This document shows, piece by piece, positions 20,081-34,930 of a stretch of 64,000 nucleotides of DNA. Below the pieces are notes generated by a model, which was not told the origin of the DNA, searched no databases, and was given only the letters and a program-made list of their open reading frames with translations. The DNA lies in NCBI RefSeq assembly GCF_009914755.1, contig NC_060930.1; one strand, 5' to 3'. The stretch's first letter is position 1. The number at the start of each line of letters is the position of its first letter. The translations under genes and the position numbers were made by a program. Origin of the DNA: the human T2T-CHM13v2.0 reference genome, Homo sapiens.

Positions 20081-20713
20081 TTTCTGAGATAGCGTCTTGC
20101 TCTGTTGCCCAGGCTGAAGCGCAGTGGAGCAATCATAGCTCACTGCAACCTCAAACTTCTGGGGACAAGCAATCCTCCTGCCTCAACCTTCTGAGTACAT
20201 GTCACGTGCATGTACTCAGACATGTGCATGTACATGACACGTACATGTCATGACACGTGCATGTCACCACACCTGACTAACTTTTTTTTTTCGGAGATGC
20301 ACTCTCACTCTGTTGCCTAGTCTGGAGTGCAATGGCACTATCTTGGCTCACGGCAACCTCCGCCTCCCAGGTTCAAGCAATTCTCCTGCCTCAGTCTCCT
20401 GAGTAGCTGATACTACAGGCGCCCATCACCACGCCTGGCTAATTTTTTGTATTTTTAGTAGAGACAGGGTTTCAGCATGTTAGCCAGGATGGTCTCGATT
20501 TTCTGACCTCGTGATCCACCCAGCTTGGCCTCCCAGAGTGCTGGGATTACAGGCGTGAGCCACTGCACCCGGCCCTAACTTTCTTATTTTTAGTAGAGAC
20601 AGGGTCTTGCTGGTCTTGCTCAGACTGGTCTTTGAACTCCTGGGCTCAAGTTATCCTCCCACCTCAGCTTCCCAAAGCACTGAGATAACAGTTGTGAGCT
20701 ACCACACCTGGCC
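20081..20713 (-). mobile_element. AluJ with an AluS (Sc-like) nested in its central linker (20282-20574)
   Basis: Outer arms colinear; inner Alu flanked by TSD ctaacttt. Confidence 0.88.
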
Positions 20714-23259
20714 CTAGTTTGTTGTTTAAAGGAAGAAAAAGGCATGTTTAAAATTAGATTACATCATTTAGGTTTCTATAAGGATATGAACTATATGCTG
20801 AGGTATGTGAGGGAGAGACAGTCACTAAGCATGCCATATTAGGTACAAGAAACAGGATATTAGAAAAACACTTAGGGCTGGTGAAAAGGAGTAGCAAAGA
20901 TGATGAAGATGGAAAAGTAGGCCAAGAGCAGACTACAAAAAATCACATATGCTACACTGAAGGAGCTGACCTTTTCTTCACTCATTTACCAAGTTACTAA
21001 ATGAGCATCAAATTACTGAATGAAATAGCCAGGGACTTTTTCAGCCACTAGGGATGTAACTGTGACCAAAAGCGACACGGTTACTATTCAAGGTCTCTTT
21101 TAAGCAAGGAAAAAGCATGTTATAGTTCTATTTGGAATATAATTTAAAAAGTCTAAAACCATAGAAATAATAAATTTATCTTCTGAGAATAAGAAGGCTT
21201 AGATTTAAATTATGAAAGAAAAATTCAATATAAAGAAAAGAAATTATCAAGACTCCTCTGGAAACATCTCTAAAAGATATTTTAGAGACTATATGAAGAA
21301 ATTATCAGAGGGAACTGAGGCCTAGAGAAGTTAAATAACTTACCCAAGTCTACCCTGCTAATAAATTGTGGCCGAGACGGGACCTAAACTCAGTTTGTCC
21401 TAGCTCAAATACAAATTACCACTAAATTTACTGTTTAAAATATGATGATTTATCTTGTTCGGTAAGTATCCTCTACATTTATTTCAAAATAAACATCTCA
21501 AAAAAATCTTTATAATATTATTGCATATATATACATCACTATCAACAGAACATGCTGAATAGAAACAGCAAGTTAAAAAAGAAAAACCCTCCAAAACTTC
21601 CTAACATATTTAAAACAGCCCACGTTTTATACCACTCCCTATAAAGTTTCTTTTTATTTCTCATTTCAAATTAAGGAAAATGAACGAAATAATTTTCACC
21701 AATAAACTTGTTGGTAAAAATAAAAGGAATGTGCTCAGACAGCAATTGTGACAGCAGTTAAAAAAAAAATCACTAGAGGGCTCAGTATACTTGATATTGT
21801 GAATTGTGTTTGTAAGCTATTGGAACATGAAATAATTAACATCCATTATGCATAGATTTCTTATATTTGAATAATATTCAAATTATATTAACAAATGCTT
21901 TAAGTTAAGAAAACAAATGATTAAAGAAGAAGAATAATGTGGGTTATATCAAAACTCTATTTTACTCAACTTTAGAACTACATGCTAAAAATATTTATTG
22001 TTTTATTTATATTTCCTGCACACACAATACTTAATTAAATGCAGCTAATAATCTTTGCTTCCAAATATTTGACATTCTTCTAACTTAAAACATTTCATAT
22101 TGATTTTATACATTAATGAATACATAAAGTTAAACTGAAATTATTTCTTAGCAAATCAGCATTTCCTTTTAAACAGAAAACTGAGAGTCTCATGATCATT
22201 TATCTTAAGTGCTTTATGTTTAATCCAGATAGTCATTCTAAGTATATACCATTTTCCCTTTTAACTGGTTCTAACTACTAAGCATTTTCAAAACATATCA
22301 TAATTAGCAGACCAGAAACATTTTAAGTGTTACAAGCTTCATTCTACATCCACTTTATACATATTTGGGACTCACCAGACTACTGATCTTACATACATAC
22401 GCCAGACTACTGATCTTACATATGCTTATCTTACATATTTGGGACTCACTAGACTACTGAAATAAGATGACTTATTTATGAAATTCCATAGAAAGTGTAT
22501 GTTTTGGATATCCATTTATTAAATACTGGTAATACAGGCTACTCGTGAGTGCGCACTCTATTTTTAAAAGTAAACTGGATGATAGTATTTAGCTGGAAGA
22601 ACAAAAATATACAGTAAACATACCTCATTTTTTATAATAATCATATATATTTATTTTGTCAGTTAATTAGAAAGCATTAACTAAGTATCTAGGATGAACC
22701 CAAGAACATGCTGTCCCTCCCAAACTAGTGTAAATATCATAAGCTTAAGTTTAAGATATTCAAACCATAGACATTAAAATTTCAGCATATATTTATGATA
22801 AATCATATAGATACCAAGGACATACATTACATAATTTTCACAGTTTTTCTTCGGCTCCCTATAAAATGTGGCTTAGGCTCAAAATTTCAGAATTAGTGAT
22901 GATAGCCACTCCACACACTCCGTCCAAGTTTTATATTCTGGAATCCCACCACTCTAATATTCCTCACAAACCTGGCTCCATGCCATAATCTACGTAAGTC
23001 ACGAGATTAAAAATCAAACAATTTACATGAATACCTTATTTAACATACTTGAGTATTCATTAGATGATCAGATGATTTTCTTTTAGATAACTGGATAAAT
23101 TTTTTCATTTAAAGGTCTTCAAGTACTGACTACTTTACATGTGTGTGTATGTGTAAGTGTATAAAACTATTTTTGATAATTACTCTAAAATAGATGACTT
23201 TGGGCTTTCCTAACAGGATACGTTTTAAAAAAACTCTGATCTTTCATTTATAGGTGGAA

Positions 23260-24200
23260 TCATTCATTTATTTGGCAAATAGTTCTTGAATATCTCCTCT
23301 ATGTGGCTTAAACTGTTCAAACACTCAATAAGGTAGACAAAGTCTCTGCTGTCATGTAGCTTACATTCTAATTAGGGTGGAAGACAAAAAAAAATCAACA
23401 TGTTTACTAATTTAAAAATTGTTTCAAATGCTCCTATGAATACATTTTAATAGATGGTGTAATGGGGAGTGAGACATAACAGTTACCTTAAATTAGGTTT
23501 CTAGAAAGGTGCCTCAAGAGAGGTGATCTGAGTTGAGAATAAAATGACAAGAACCAGGCCACGAAAAAATTTGAAACCTCAGTACATTCTAGGCAAAATG
23601 AAGATCCAGAAGCAGACCACTAAATCAGGACTAAGTTGAAATGTTGAAGGAACTGTACAGAGATTAGAGTGGCTGAGTAAGAGGTCACACATGAGATGGG
23701 AAAGAAAGACAGGAATTGTAGGTAGGTCATAGCAAAGACGTTGGATTTTTGTTCTCCACACAATTAAAATCTCTGCAGGATTTTAAGTAGAAGAATAATA
23801 TAATATGATTTGTAATTTTTAAAGCTGTCTCTGGCTACCATGTGGAAAAAAGACTGAGAAGTAGCATAAAACTATGGCAGTAATACAAGTGAAAGGTGAT
23901 GCTGGTTTATACTGGAGTGTCAGCAGAGGAAATGGAGAGAAGTAGCAGAACCCAGGCTATCTCTTCGAGGTACAGCCAATGGATCTGATGATGACTTAAA
24001 TGTAAGATGGTGGAAAAAAAAAAAAGAGAGATAAATCAAAGATGACGTTTTTCTTGAGTGAAAAATAGTTTTTAGGATATGAGGAAGATTAAGATGACAG
24101 ACTGAGAGAGAAAAATAAACACTCCATTTGAAGTACCTATTATACATCTAAGTAGAGATTTCAAACAGGCAATTACATCAGAATTTGAAAGTCATGGAAA
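23260..24200 (-). mobile_element. L2 fragment
   Basis: cattcatttatttggcaaata...agacaaagtctctgctgtcatgtagcttacattcta...ggattttaagtagaagaata: L2 3' region, reverse orientation. Confidence 0.65.
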
Positions 24201-25164
24201 GGTCAAGGATTTTTAAAAATTAATTTTCAGAAAGGTAGTGATTCTTCCAAAATTATATAGTAGCAGCAGACTCAAATTTCAAAAGTTTGCATTCTAGTAA
24301 TCTTTCTAAATTCTGTCTAAGAAGTTAACGGACACTAGGTAACAGTTTAGTGGATTCTTCGAGGAATAAAGTATATAAGGTTTTATATAATAATACTACA
24401 CCTCTATTTTAGTTGTTAGAAATCTTCTTTTTGTCAATTAGGGTTTATCAACTGTATTTGTGGTCAATGGAATTTTGTAATATACTACTTACACTAGATA
24501 AGCATTGTTATAAGTAACTAGTCACAAGATTAAACTTCAATCATCTTAATAAAAATACTTTTGATAGTTAACATAACTTAATAAACAAATTTTATTATTG
24601 AAAGGCTACGTGACATACAACAATGCAGATTTTTTAATATTTAAAATCTAATCATGCAACAGCCTCTAAAAATTGAATAACTTGGTGTTCCAAATGTAAT
24701 CAAAGTCTTGCTTAGGAAGAGTAAACCATATCCAATATAATATCATAGATCTCACATATTTGAGAAACGTTTGGCTATTCAATAAATATGAAATTGAACT
24801 AAAAGTTAAGTTTAATATATTCTGATTATTTTACTTCAACAATTCATATGATTACTTGGGCAAAAGAATCATACACATTTTACCACATTAACATAAATAT
24901 ATAATTAGTAATTATGTAGATAAAAATCTTTAAGGTAATTTTAAAAGATCAACATAAAAGATGAACATTGCAAGATATACAGCTATGATAAGCTTTCAGC
25001 TTTCCTAATTACCAAGTGATTTCTCAAATTAGAGGAACAGTTAAGTAAATTATGATATACCTATTCAATGAAATAATATGCATTCATTAAAATAGTAATC
25101 AAGGAGAATATGAAGCAACATGAAAAAAATCCTATATACATTAAGTGAAAAAAATACAAAATTA

Positions 25165-25298
25165 TATTTTATTTTATTTTTTGAGATGGAGTCTCGCTAT
25201 GTTGCTGAAGTTGGTCTCAAACTCCTAGGCTCATGTGATCCTCCTGCCTCAGCCTCCCAAGTTGCTGGGATTCCCCTCATGTGCCAGCATGCCTGGCT
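25165..25298 (-). mobile_element. FLAM (free left Alu monomer)
   Basis: Monomer with 13-bp TSD caaaattatattt. Confidence 0.82.
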
Positions 25299-25931
25299 CC
25301 AAAATTATATTTGTACTGTGCTTACAACCATATTTTAAAAGACCACATTAAAAAACTGGAAGAAAATACTGCTGGCTGGCTCCACTCCTCTATTGTTATC
25401 ATGGAGTCCCCTTTTCATCTCTCTGAGGATAAACCTAATTTATAGGTGAAAAAGCTTTCAGATAACAGAAACTGATTCATATTTTACATGAGTGAGCCAC
25501 CTTTTGCCCTAAAATTCTCATCCTTTTTAAGTTTCAGGGGATCTCTCAGTAATAGATTCAGATAAACAAGTGTAGAAAGCTCAGGACTTCAATTTAGGCC
25601 TTAGAGACCTTGGGACAGGTAGGTTTACGGATATGTTAATTTCAGGTAAACTATGTTAACATACTAGGGCAAGTATCTTTATCTGACCAGTTTGTTTCCA
25701 TAGAAAAATGCATTTGAGTTGTAAATAAACAACTTAGAAATCAAGGCTTAGACCATAATCTTTCATACTCTACTAAGAACAATAGAAGACAAAATATCAG
25801 CTACCCTAATCATAGAGAAATCTTAAAGGTGAGGACTACATATTAAGAAACAAACAAATTAATCCTAGAAGTTGAAAATAAACAACTGAAAAATATTTAA
25901 AAACATTTTAAATATTCCCAGTCTAATTCAT

Positions 25932-26190
25932 CACTGTCCAATGGAAGTATATTAAAAGTCATATAATATATACTTACATCTTCTAGCAGGAACATTAGAA
26001 ACACACAAAAACATGTGAAATTAATTCTATAATGAATTTTATTTAACTCAATGTATCTAAAATATCATCTTAATATGAAATTGTAAAATTAGTGTATGTT
26101 ACACTTAAAGCACATTGCAATCTAGACTAGCCATATTTTAATTGCTAAACACCCAGATGTGGTTAATGGCTACTATGTCAAACAGTGCAG
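25932..26190. mobile_element. MER3/MER33-like hAT-Charlie MITE
   Basis: Ends cactgtccaat... and ...tcaaacagtgcag; internal tagactagccatatttt...atgtggttaatggctac. Confidence 0.55.
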
Positions 26191-26305
26191 CTCTGGAGAG
26201 TGCCCAGCTAACTTATATAATGCTCATAAATTGATAAATAAACTGTCCTAACACAGCAGATTACATTCAGGGAAAATCTCTTAGGGCAACATTCAAAAAT
26301 CCTTA

Positions 26306-26533
<228 letters not shown>

Positions 26534-27124
26534 TTAAGGAGTCTTTAGGAAAGAGAAAGGACATTAGTCTTTCTCTTGATGTCTTATTCTCTATAGTTAT
26601 CCTTGGTAAGCATAAAAACAAGGAAACAAGTAACCATTTGTTGAATGTGTTAAACAATGGAATTAATGTTCTTTTCCAAAATTGACTCAATCACTCATAC
26701 TTATTTCTATATTCCAACCCAAGGTATAAAACAGTGAGGTTGAAATGTCAACCACATATTACATTAGTGTCCCAACCTAAGCCTCATTACTCATCTTTAT
26801 TAAAGGTTGACAAATACTTTACAAATACATCACCTGATCAAATGAAATCACTTGTATTCCCTAAAGTGCTAAACAAGAAATATAAGAAGTATTTTCCTTT
26901 AAAATATGACTACTATGAGGCAGAAATTATGATTTTCAACTTCATCTCTCTAATTCCTAGCACAGTAAATGGTGTAAAGCAAATACTCAGTGATGTTGTT
27001 TTTTTCCTCTGTGCTTGCTTCAGCTGAGTCATTTTGATTAAATCATAATTATCAACTATGAACTGCATTGTTGATGAATGTTTATAAATCAACTAAGAGT
27101 TAAGATGCTCCATGTTAAGAATAA

Positions 27125-27592
<468 letters not shown>

Positions 27593-30500
27593 AGTACATT
27601 TGTTCTTAAAACCAAAAAAGGTAGTTTCAAAACATACTTTTAATATATTTTTTAATCTTCCTGACACTAAGCACTAAAAACTCTAAACATAACCAGACAT
27701 TTAGCATATCATGGAATTTCCCACATTAAGAATACAAATTATGTATTACATAAGAAATATGTAACATTCTATCTTTTCTACTTATCCCTAAGAAACTGAT
27801 TGACTGTTTATACCCAATCCCAATTTACATATCTATATTTTTATATATTTATATCTCTCTATATATATTATACCAACATATGCTATTATTTTAAAATATC
27901 ATCCTTCTAGGTCCAGAGGTAACAAAATATTATTTCTAAGAGACTTTATAAAAATTACTAAAACCCAGGCTTATTTGTTTGTTTGACCTGCAAAAGAATT
28001 ATAGGGAATTCTTGGGAGACTGTATAGTCCAACTAGGGTTCCTCCTCTACTATACATAACAGAGTTGGTCAACTAAACTCTAGATCAGTGTATTTCACAA
28101 AGAAGGTTATGCCTTACTAGTGAGTTATGAAATTAATTTAGTGGATTGTTATCGGTGCTTTTAAAGAATAGAAAAGAAAAAGGAAATACTAATGCATCAC
28201 ATGTGATAAGGATAAAACAGTTTCATGAAAATTTTGTTTTAATTGTGTTTGAGTATATTGATTACAATGTAAAATATTTTTTAGATGAGTGCAATAAAAA
28301 AAGTTTGAAATCCAATGCCACAAATAAATACTTTCTAGTGAACACAAATGCATTCTTTCAAAATATGATCCTGCTTCATTTTGGGAACACAAAAATATTT
28401 CGCTCACAAATCAATGCCTATTACCTTCGGCCTATCTAGCAATTTCACTTTTTAAAAATGTATCCAAAAATATACTTACACATGTGCAAAATTGTGTATG
28501 CATAAGATTATTTATCACAAATTATTTGTAATACCAAAAATTAGAAACAATCCGAATTTCCTCAATAGTGTACCACTGGAATAAATTATGGCATATCCAT
28601 ACAATGAAATTCTATGCCTCCATAAAACAGAATAAGAAAGTTTTCTGTTTTCTGAGATGAAAAGATCTTTTTATGGCCAAAAAAAAGCAAGTTGCAGAAG
28701 AGTATTATAATATGCTATTTTATTGTCCAAATTTGAGGAGGGCAGGAAATAATTATTTATATTTGCTTGCAGAAATTCTGAAAGAATACATAAAATTAAA
28801 TACACTGCTTATTAATGAAAGAAGTCAGGGACCTGGGAAGATAAAAGACACAAATAAAAGGCTTCTCAGTATGTAAAGGTTGCTAGTTTTTGAAACCATA
28901 TGATAATACCTATGCCAAAAAAAAAAAGAAATATGACTGACATCTTTTAAGAAATGGAAAAACTAAAAACATGTCTGATTTAGTGGAAAAGCCTAAATGA
29001 GCTCTCATGTATTATATAAATATTTCATATTAAGTTCTTCTCATTATTCCTTGAATTCTACCCTTTAGAAACAAAATAGTAAGTTAAATTACTCTTCTCA
29101 TGCCCCTTCAAATTATTCTACACCATATGTCCCCTACTCAGTGTTCTTCCCAGCGTTCTCTTTTTTGGTCTTAACATGGCTAGTTCCTCAAAGGACTTCC
29201 CAATTAAAAGTTCAGACACAGAAGAAAACAGCAAGTGTTCTTTCTACCTCCAATATTTGTGACATCAGACCCGTGGTCTCATCTAAACCTCAATGGCTTC
29301 ACCAGAGGACCAGATCTGTTATTAAATGCAAGCCTAAATCACATCTTGCTGTTATCTAAAATGTATCCTCCTACTCCTCCATCATGTACTAAACGCTGCC
29401 TACCAAGTGTCAGGCTTTGAGGACGTGGTCTGTCCTCAAGAGCTCACATTGCAGCAGATGAATCTAGACTACCAGAAACCCATTTCATGAGCTCCAACTA
29501 TGACTTTCTTTCCACATACCTCCACATTGTAACGTTTAAAGAAACCAGAGAAGATCTTACATACTACTTCACTAAATACACCAATCCCAAACTACATAAT
29601 TTGTGACAAGTCAGTAGACTAACTGAACACAAAAACTACAATGTGATTTCTAATGCTCTTAAATTAAAGGTAAATACATAAGATAATATATTCCTTATTT
29701 AATTTGGCAAGTAAACTGTTCACTAATCTATTTAGCAACCATTTTTACTGAGCACGTACTACATATGAGGTTTTGTTTTAAATGCTTTAAGTGCATTATT
29801 TCACTTAGCATCCAAAGAAAATTTATGCGGTAGGTCTTTTTATCGTCCTTCTTTTAAAGAGGGGGGAAGTAGGGCATGGTGAGTTTAAAGAACTTAACCA
29901 GGATAAATGGCTAGTAAATTGCAGAGCAAAGATTGAAACTCAGGTATCTGACACCAAAGTCTAAATTAAAAGTCCAAGTTAAAGGCTTGTAAAACTTATT
30001 AATTTCATTACTTTACACTTTTATTTTTAAGGTAAATTTTTTGATTCCTAAAACTGATTTTTAACCAAGTAACATAATTTATAAAACTAAATATGAAAAT
30101 ACAGTCAATGAAAATACTGACTTCCCTAATAAATAAATGCAAAATAGAATAAGATACAATTTTATTAATCTGAGTGTTGAAGATTTATTAAAAATTTATT
30201 GCTCTTGGTAATGTTTATATCTTCAAATATATTGCTTATATCCAATTCATATTACAAATGTGCATACATCATTTAACCTAACTCCTAGACAAAAAAGTAT
30301 CCAAGCGAAATAACTGAATAAGAATGTCAGATAGATAAATAAGCACAAAGATGCTTGCTTTAACATCATTTACAATAAGAAAAAAACAGACACAAGCTGA
30401 ATATCTACAAATAGGGTATTGGAGTAAGTAATTCATGACACATTCTCCATGAATCACGGTAGATAAGAATGAAGACATATTTGCTTATAGAAAAATGTGT

Positions 30501-31309
30501 CTAAAAGAGAAAAAAAGTATGCCACAAAATAGTAGCTAATTAAATATATTAATACAAAAACATTCTGGAAAGATATATATCAAAGAATTCTGCTAAAGTT
30601 GGGACTATAAAGACATTTTCACTTTCTATTTTATATTATAAATGTAGATGTTACATTTTTAATATTATTTTTTGGTAATAGATAAATTTTATCATCAGCC
30701 CTACAGAAATCTTTTCTGTTTAGATAAAATAAACAAAAGGAGAAAGGCCTATTCTGTATTGACTTCATGTATTAAAACAACAATATTTCTTTATAAATAG
30801 AAATACCTAATGCTTTTGTAGTAATACAAAATAACTGACTAACCCTCTTTTTCATTCTGTAATATAGAGTCCTACATCTTTACAAACACCAAATTTCTAA
30901 TTTGTACCCCCTCTTGAAAGTGCACTGAAAAATTACTAAATTTTATTAAGAGATATGAAAGACAGTACATGGACACTGTTATTTTCTCTTTACTGAAGAG
31001 TCATGTGTTTTAATGCTTTACGATAAAAATATATTTTGAATCAGATGATCTGAGTAGAGGAAATTAAGTCTTAGTAACAAAGCACCTCAAAAGAGTAACC
31101 TAATATTAAATCTGTGAAAGAAGTGAGATTGTTAGATTTTGTGAAAATCAAGTTACTTATTTTCTACAATGAAACTGAGCCAAATTGTATTACATATGAA
31201 GAAAGCAGTAAGAAATCCCACCTAAATTAATTAGACATTGCAATTTATTATTCATATATTTTTAAGTTACTTAACTGAATGCATTTACACCATCCATTCA
31301 CTCATTTAA

Positions 31310-31630
<321 letters not shown>

Positions 31631-33119
31631 TAAAATACTGACAATACTCAGTATGCCTGTAAGTGTCAATTCCTAAAACTTCTCATACAGAAAAGTCTAA
31701 GAAGCATAACAAAAACAAATGTCAGCTAAATACAGATGGACCTTAGAAATATACTTCACAGCCTGATGGTAAAATGATAAATAAGATGTTATTACTGGTC
31801 TTGAAGACACAACACAGGAGAGAAAAAACAAACAATAGCAATACCATGTTTAACAAGAATTTCAGATATAATGGGAGTCAGAGAGGCATACCCTCTTCTT
31901 GGGAGGGTAAGATGCCCTCCTAATTCCCAGGAGAGGTATGATTTGAGCAAAAGCTGAATGTTTAGGAAGACTGAAGAAAAAACACAAAGTTCTCAATGGG
32001 GGATTTTAAAAGAGAAACAAAACTTGGGCTGCACAATCATAACAAGCTCTACTGACAAACCATCCAGATTGTACATCTGGGTTTTCACCAGCACACTCTT
32101 AACAATAACTCAACATGTCAGATGTCATTCTGAAACATCTTCTTTAGGGTGCTATGTCAATAGTTACATTCATACACATGCTCATGGTATGTCATTATAT
32201 TAAATTGTTAGATATAATGCGGATGGAAATAATGTCTTCCAAAAATTCCCATTGAGGATTCTAATAATGAAATTCTCTTGTTTAAGGAGATGTACATTTA
32301 AAATGGCATTCTTGCACTATTTAATCAGTTTGGAAAGTTTAAACTCATATGAACTATAACAAATTTAAATTAAATAATTACCCTTGATTCAACATCTGTA
32401 ATATTTTATGGACTTGACCGTATAAGTGCCCAAATATTTTATCCTTTGCAAAGACTTTGAGCAAACTAGTAAAAGTAATTTAAAGGTTCAACTCAGAGCT
32501 GAAACCAATTATTACCATAAATATCAGCCAAGAAACTAAAAATGACATTTTCATTGTTGGATTCAACAGAATTTAACAGAGACTCTTTAGCTTCAGTTTT
32601 ATTGCCATGATTAGAAGTGCAGCTGTTTATCAGAAGTTAGATCCTACAATCTCAGCCAAGACTGTTTGTAATACCAATTAAATAATTTTAGGCTACAACA
32701 CTTTGAAACCGCACTTCAGATGATATACCAGAGGCATACTTATACATACCTGATTTCTAACAGGGATGAAATTGAGTCTTAAAAATGGGTCAAAATGGGG
32801 CTAGAGTTAACTGATTAGCTATATTTAAAAATGGAATTTAAATCTTTATCTTACTTCATATTATCAGTAACTATCAGTTTTAGATGGTTTGGAAATGTAA
32901 ATGTGCAAAGTAAGATTTTAAGTGGCAGACAGACCCTAAGGTAAGCCCAAATAATCCCAGATGCCTGCCTCCTGGTGTTCATGCCCTAGTTTAATCCTTT
33001 CCCCTCAAGCATAGTGGGACCTGTGACTTGTTTCTAGCCAACAGAAGAATATGGCAGAGGCTGTCACTCCCATGATTATTTTATGTTATATATGACTCCA
33101 TCTTGTAGGATTTGCCTTC

Positions 33120-34930
33120 TGACAAGCAACTGACACCCCCTTGTATTTCTCTATACTTAATGAACAATTAGAGGTTGAATTTGAAAGAGTTTTAAAATAA
33201 TACCAGAAAACATAAACATGAAATACATAGGTATAAATTTAACACAACAGTCGTAAAACATATCCTAAAAATTACAAATTAATCATGAAAAAAATCAAAG
33301 AAAAATAAATGAAGAAGTATATAATCTTTGTGGTTTGGAGGGTTTGATATTAAGATTTAAATCCTCATCAAATAATCTATAGATTCAATGGAATCCCAGT
33401 TAAAATCTCAGCAGAAAATTTTGTAGAAAACAACACGATTCATACGGAAAATCGAAGACATAGAATAACCAAATACTAACACCTGTTTTCAAGACTTACT
33501 ATAAAGCTTCAGTAATCCAGACAGCATGGCAAAGAATAGACATGCAGGGAATCAAAAATAAGCTCACCTGTATGTATATGATCAACTGATTTTTAACAAA
33601 CGTTTAACAAACATGCAAAAACAAATCAATGTAGAGAGAAATCTTTTTGATAAATGATGCCTGAACAACTGGACAGCTATATGCAAAAACAAACAAAAAC
33701 CTTGACCCTTACATTTCACCATATATAAAAACCAATTATAAATGGATTATATACCTAAATGTAAGAGCTCCAACTTTAAAATTTACAGAAGAAAATTACG
33801 AAGAAAATCTTAATAACCTCGCGTGAGGCAAAAATTGCTTACATATGACCAAAAAGCATAATCGAGTTTTTTTTTTTGTTTATAGAATGAACTTCAAGGG
33901 TACTAATACATTTGCTCCACTGAAGACATTTTGTGAAAAAACAAGTCACAAAATGGGAGAAAATATTACAAACACATATCTGAAAACGGACTGTATTCAG
34001 ACTACACAAAGAAGTCTCAAAATTCATTAACAGGAAAACAAATTACCCAATTAAAAACTTGACAAATTATTTAAGCAGAAATCTCACCAAAGAAGAATGA
34101 CAAGTAAGGACACAAAAAGCTGCTCAACATTATTAGTCATTAAGGAAATGCAAACCAAAACCATAATGAGATACTACTACACAACTAAGTAAAATGTTTA
34201 AAAATTTTTAAACCGACAATATTATGTGCTGACAAAAATATAGGGTAAGTGGAATACTCATACATTGCTGGTGGAAATACAAAATGCTCCATTCATTTTG
34301 GAAAACAGTTTGCCAGTTTCTTACAAAGATAAGTACATATTTACTATATAATGTAGCAATTCCATTCCTATTTACCCTAGGAAAACAAAAATATATGTTC
34401 AAATAAATACCTGTACATGAACAGTTTAAGTCATAATCAGCAAAAGTTGCAAACAAGCTAAAAGTACTTCAAATGGAGAATGAACAAATTGAAGTACGGA
34501 TACAAAATGTAATACGTTTCAGCCATGAAAAAAAAAACAAGTACTGAAACATAGAGCAATATGGATGAATGTCTAATGTATTACATTAAGTGACAGAAAC
34601 CAGATTCAAAATATTCATGACACTTACATGATATTATACAAGTAACTTATATGACGTATACATAAGCATTACACAAGGAATTTTATGATACTTATATGAC
34701 ATTTTGGAAAAGTCAAAACCATAGGGAAAATAAACAGACCAGTGGTCTGCAGGAACTGGGAGTGGTGGGAAAGAGGTAAAAGAGGCAGTAGTAAAGTTTT
34801 TGACATGATGAAAATGTTGTTTTTGATTGTGTTGATATTTACATGTTTTTGTTCATGTTGATATTTACAAAATCTACTACACTGTACCCCCAAAAGGGTG
34901 TATTTTATAGTAGTCAAATGATAACTTTAA
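33120..34930 (+). mobile_element. Degraded L1M (MC/ME-like) ORF2 end and 3'UTR
   Basis: aatctatagattcaatggaatccc; ttcaagacttactataaagc; aaggaaatgcaaaccaaaaccataatgagatac. Confidence 0.7.

Noticed and set aside
20195-20266. CATG cluster as a p53 response element
   Set aside because: Core spacings are 11, 12, 6, 6, 11, 5 and 11 rather than 10, and the best half-sites carry mismatches to RRRCWWGYYY
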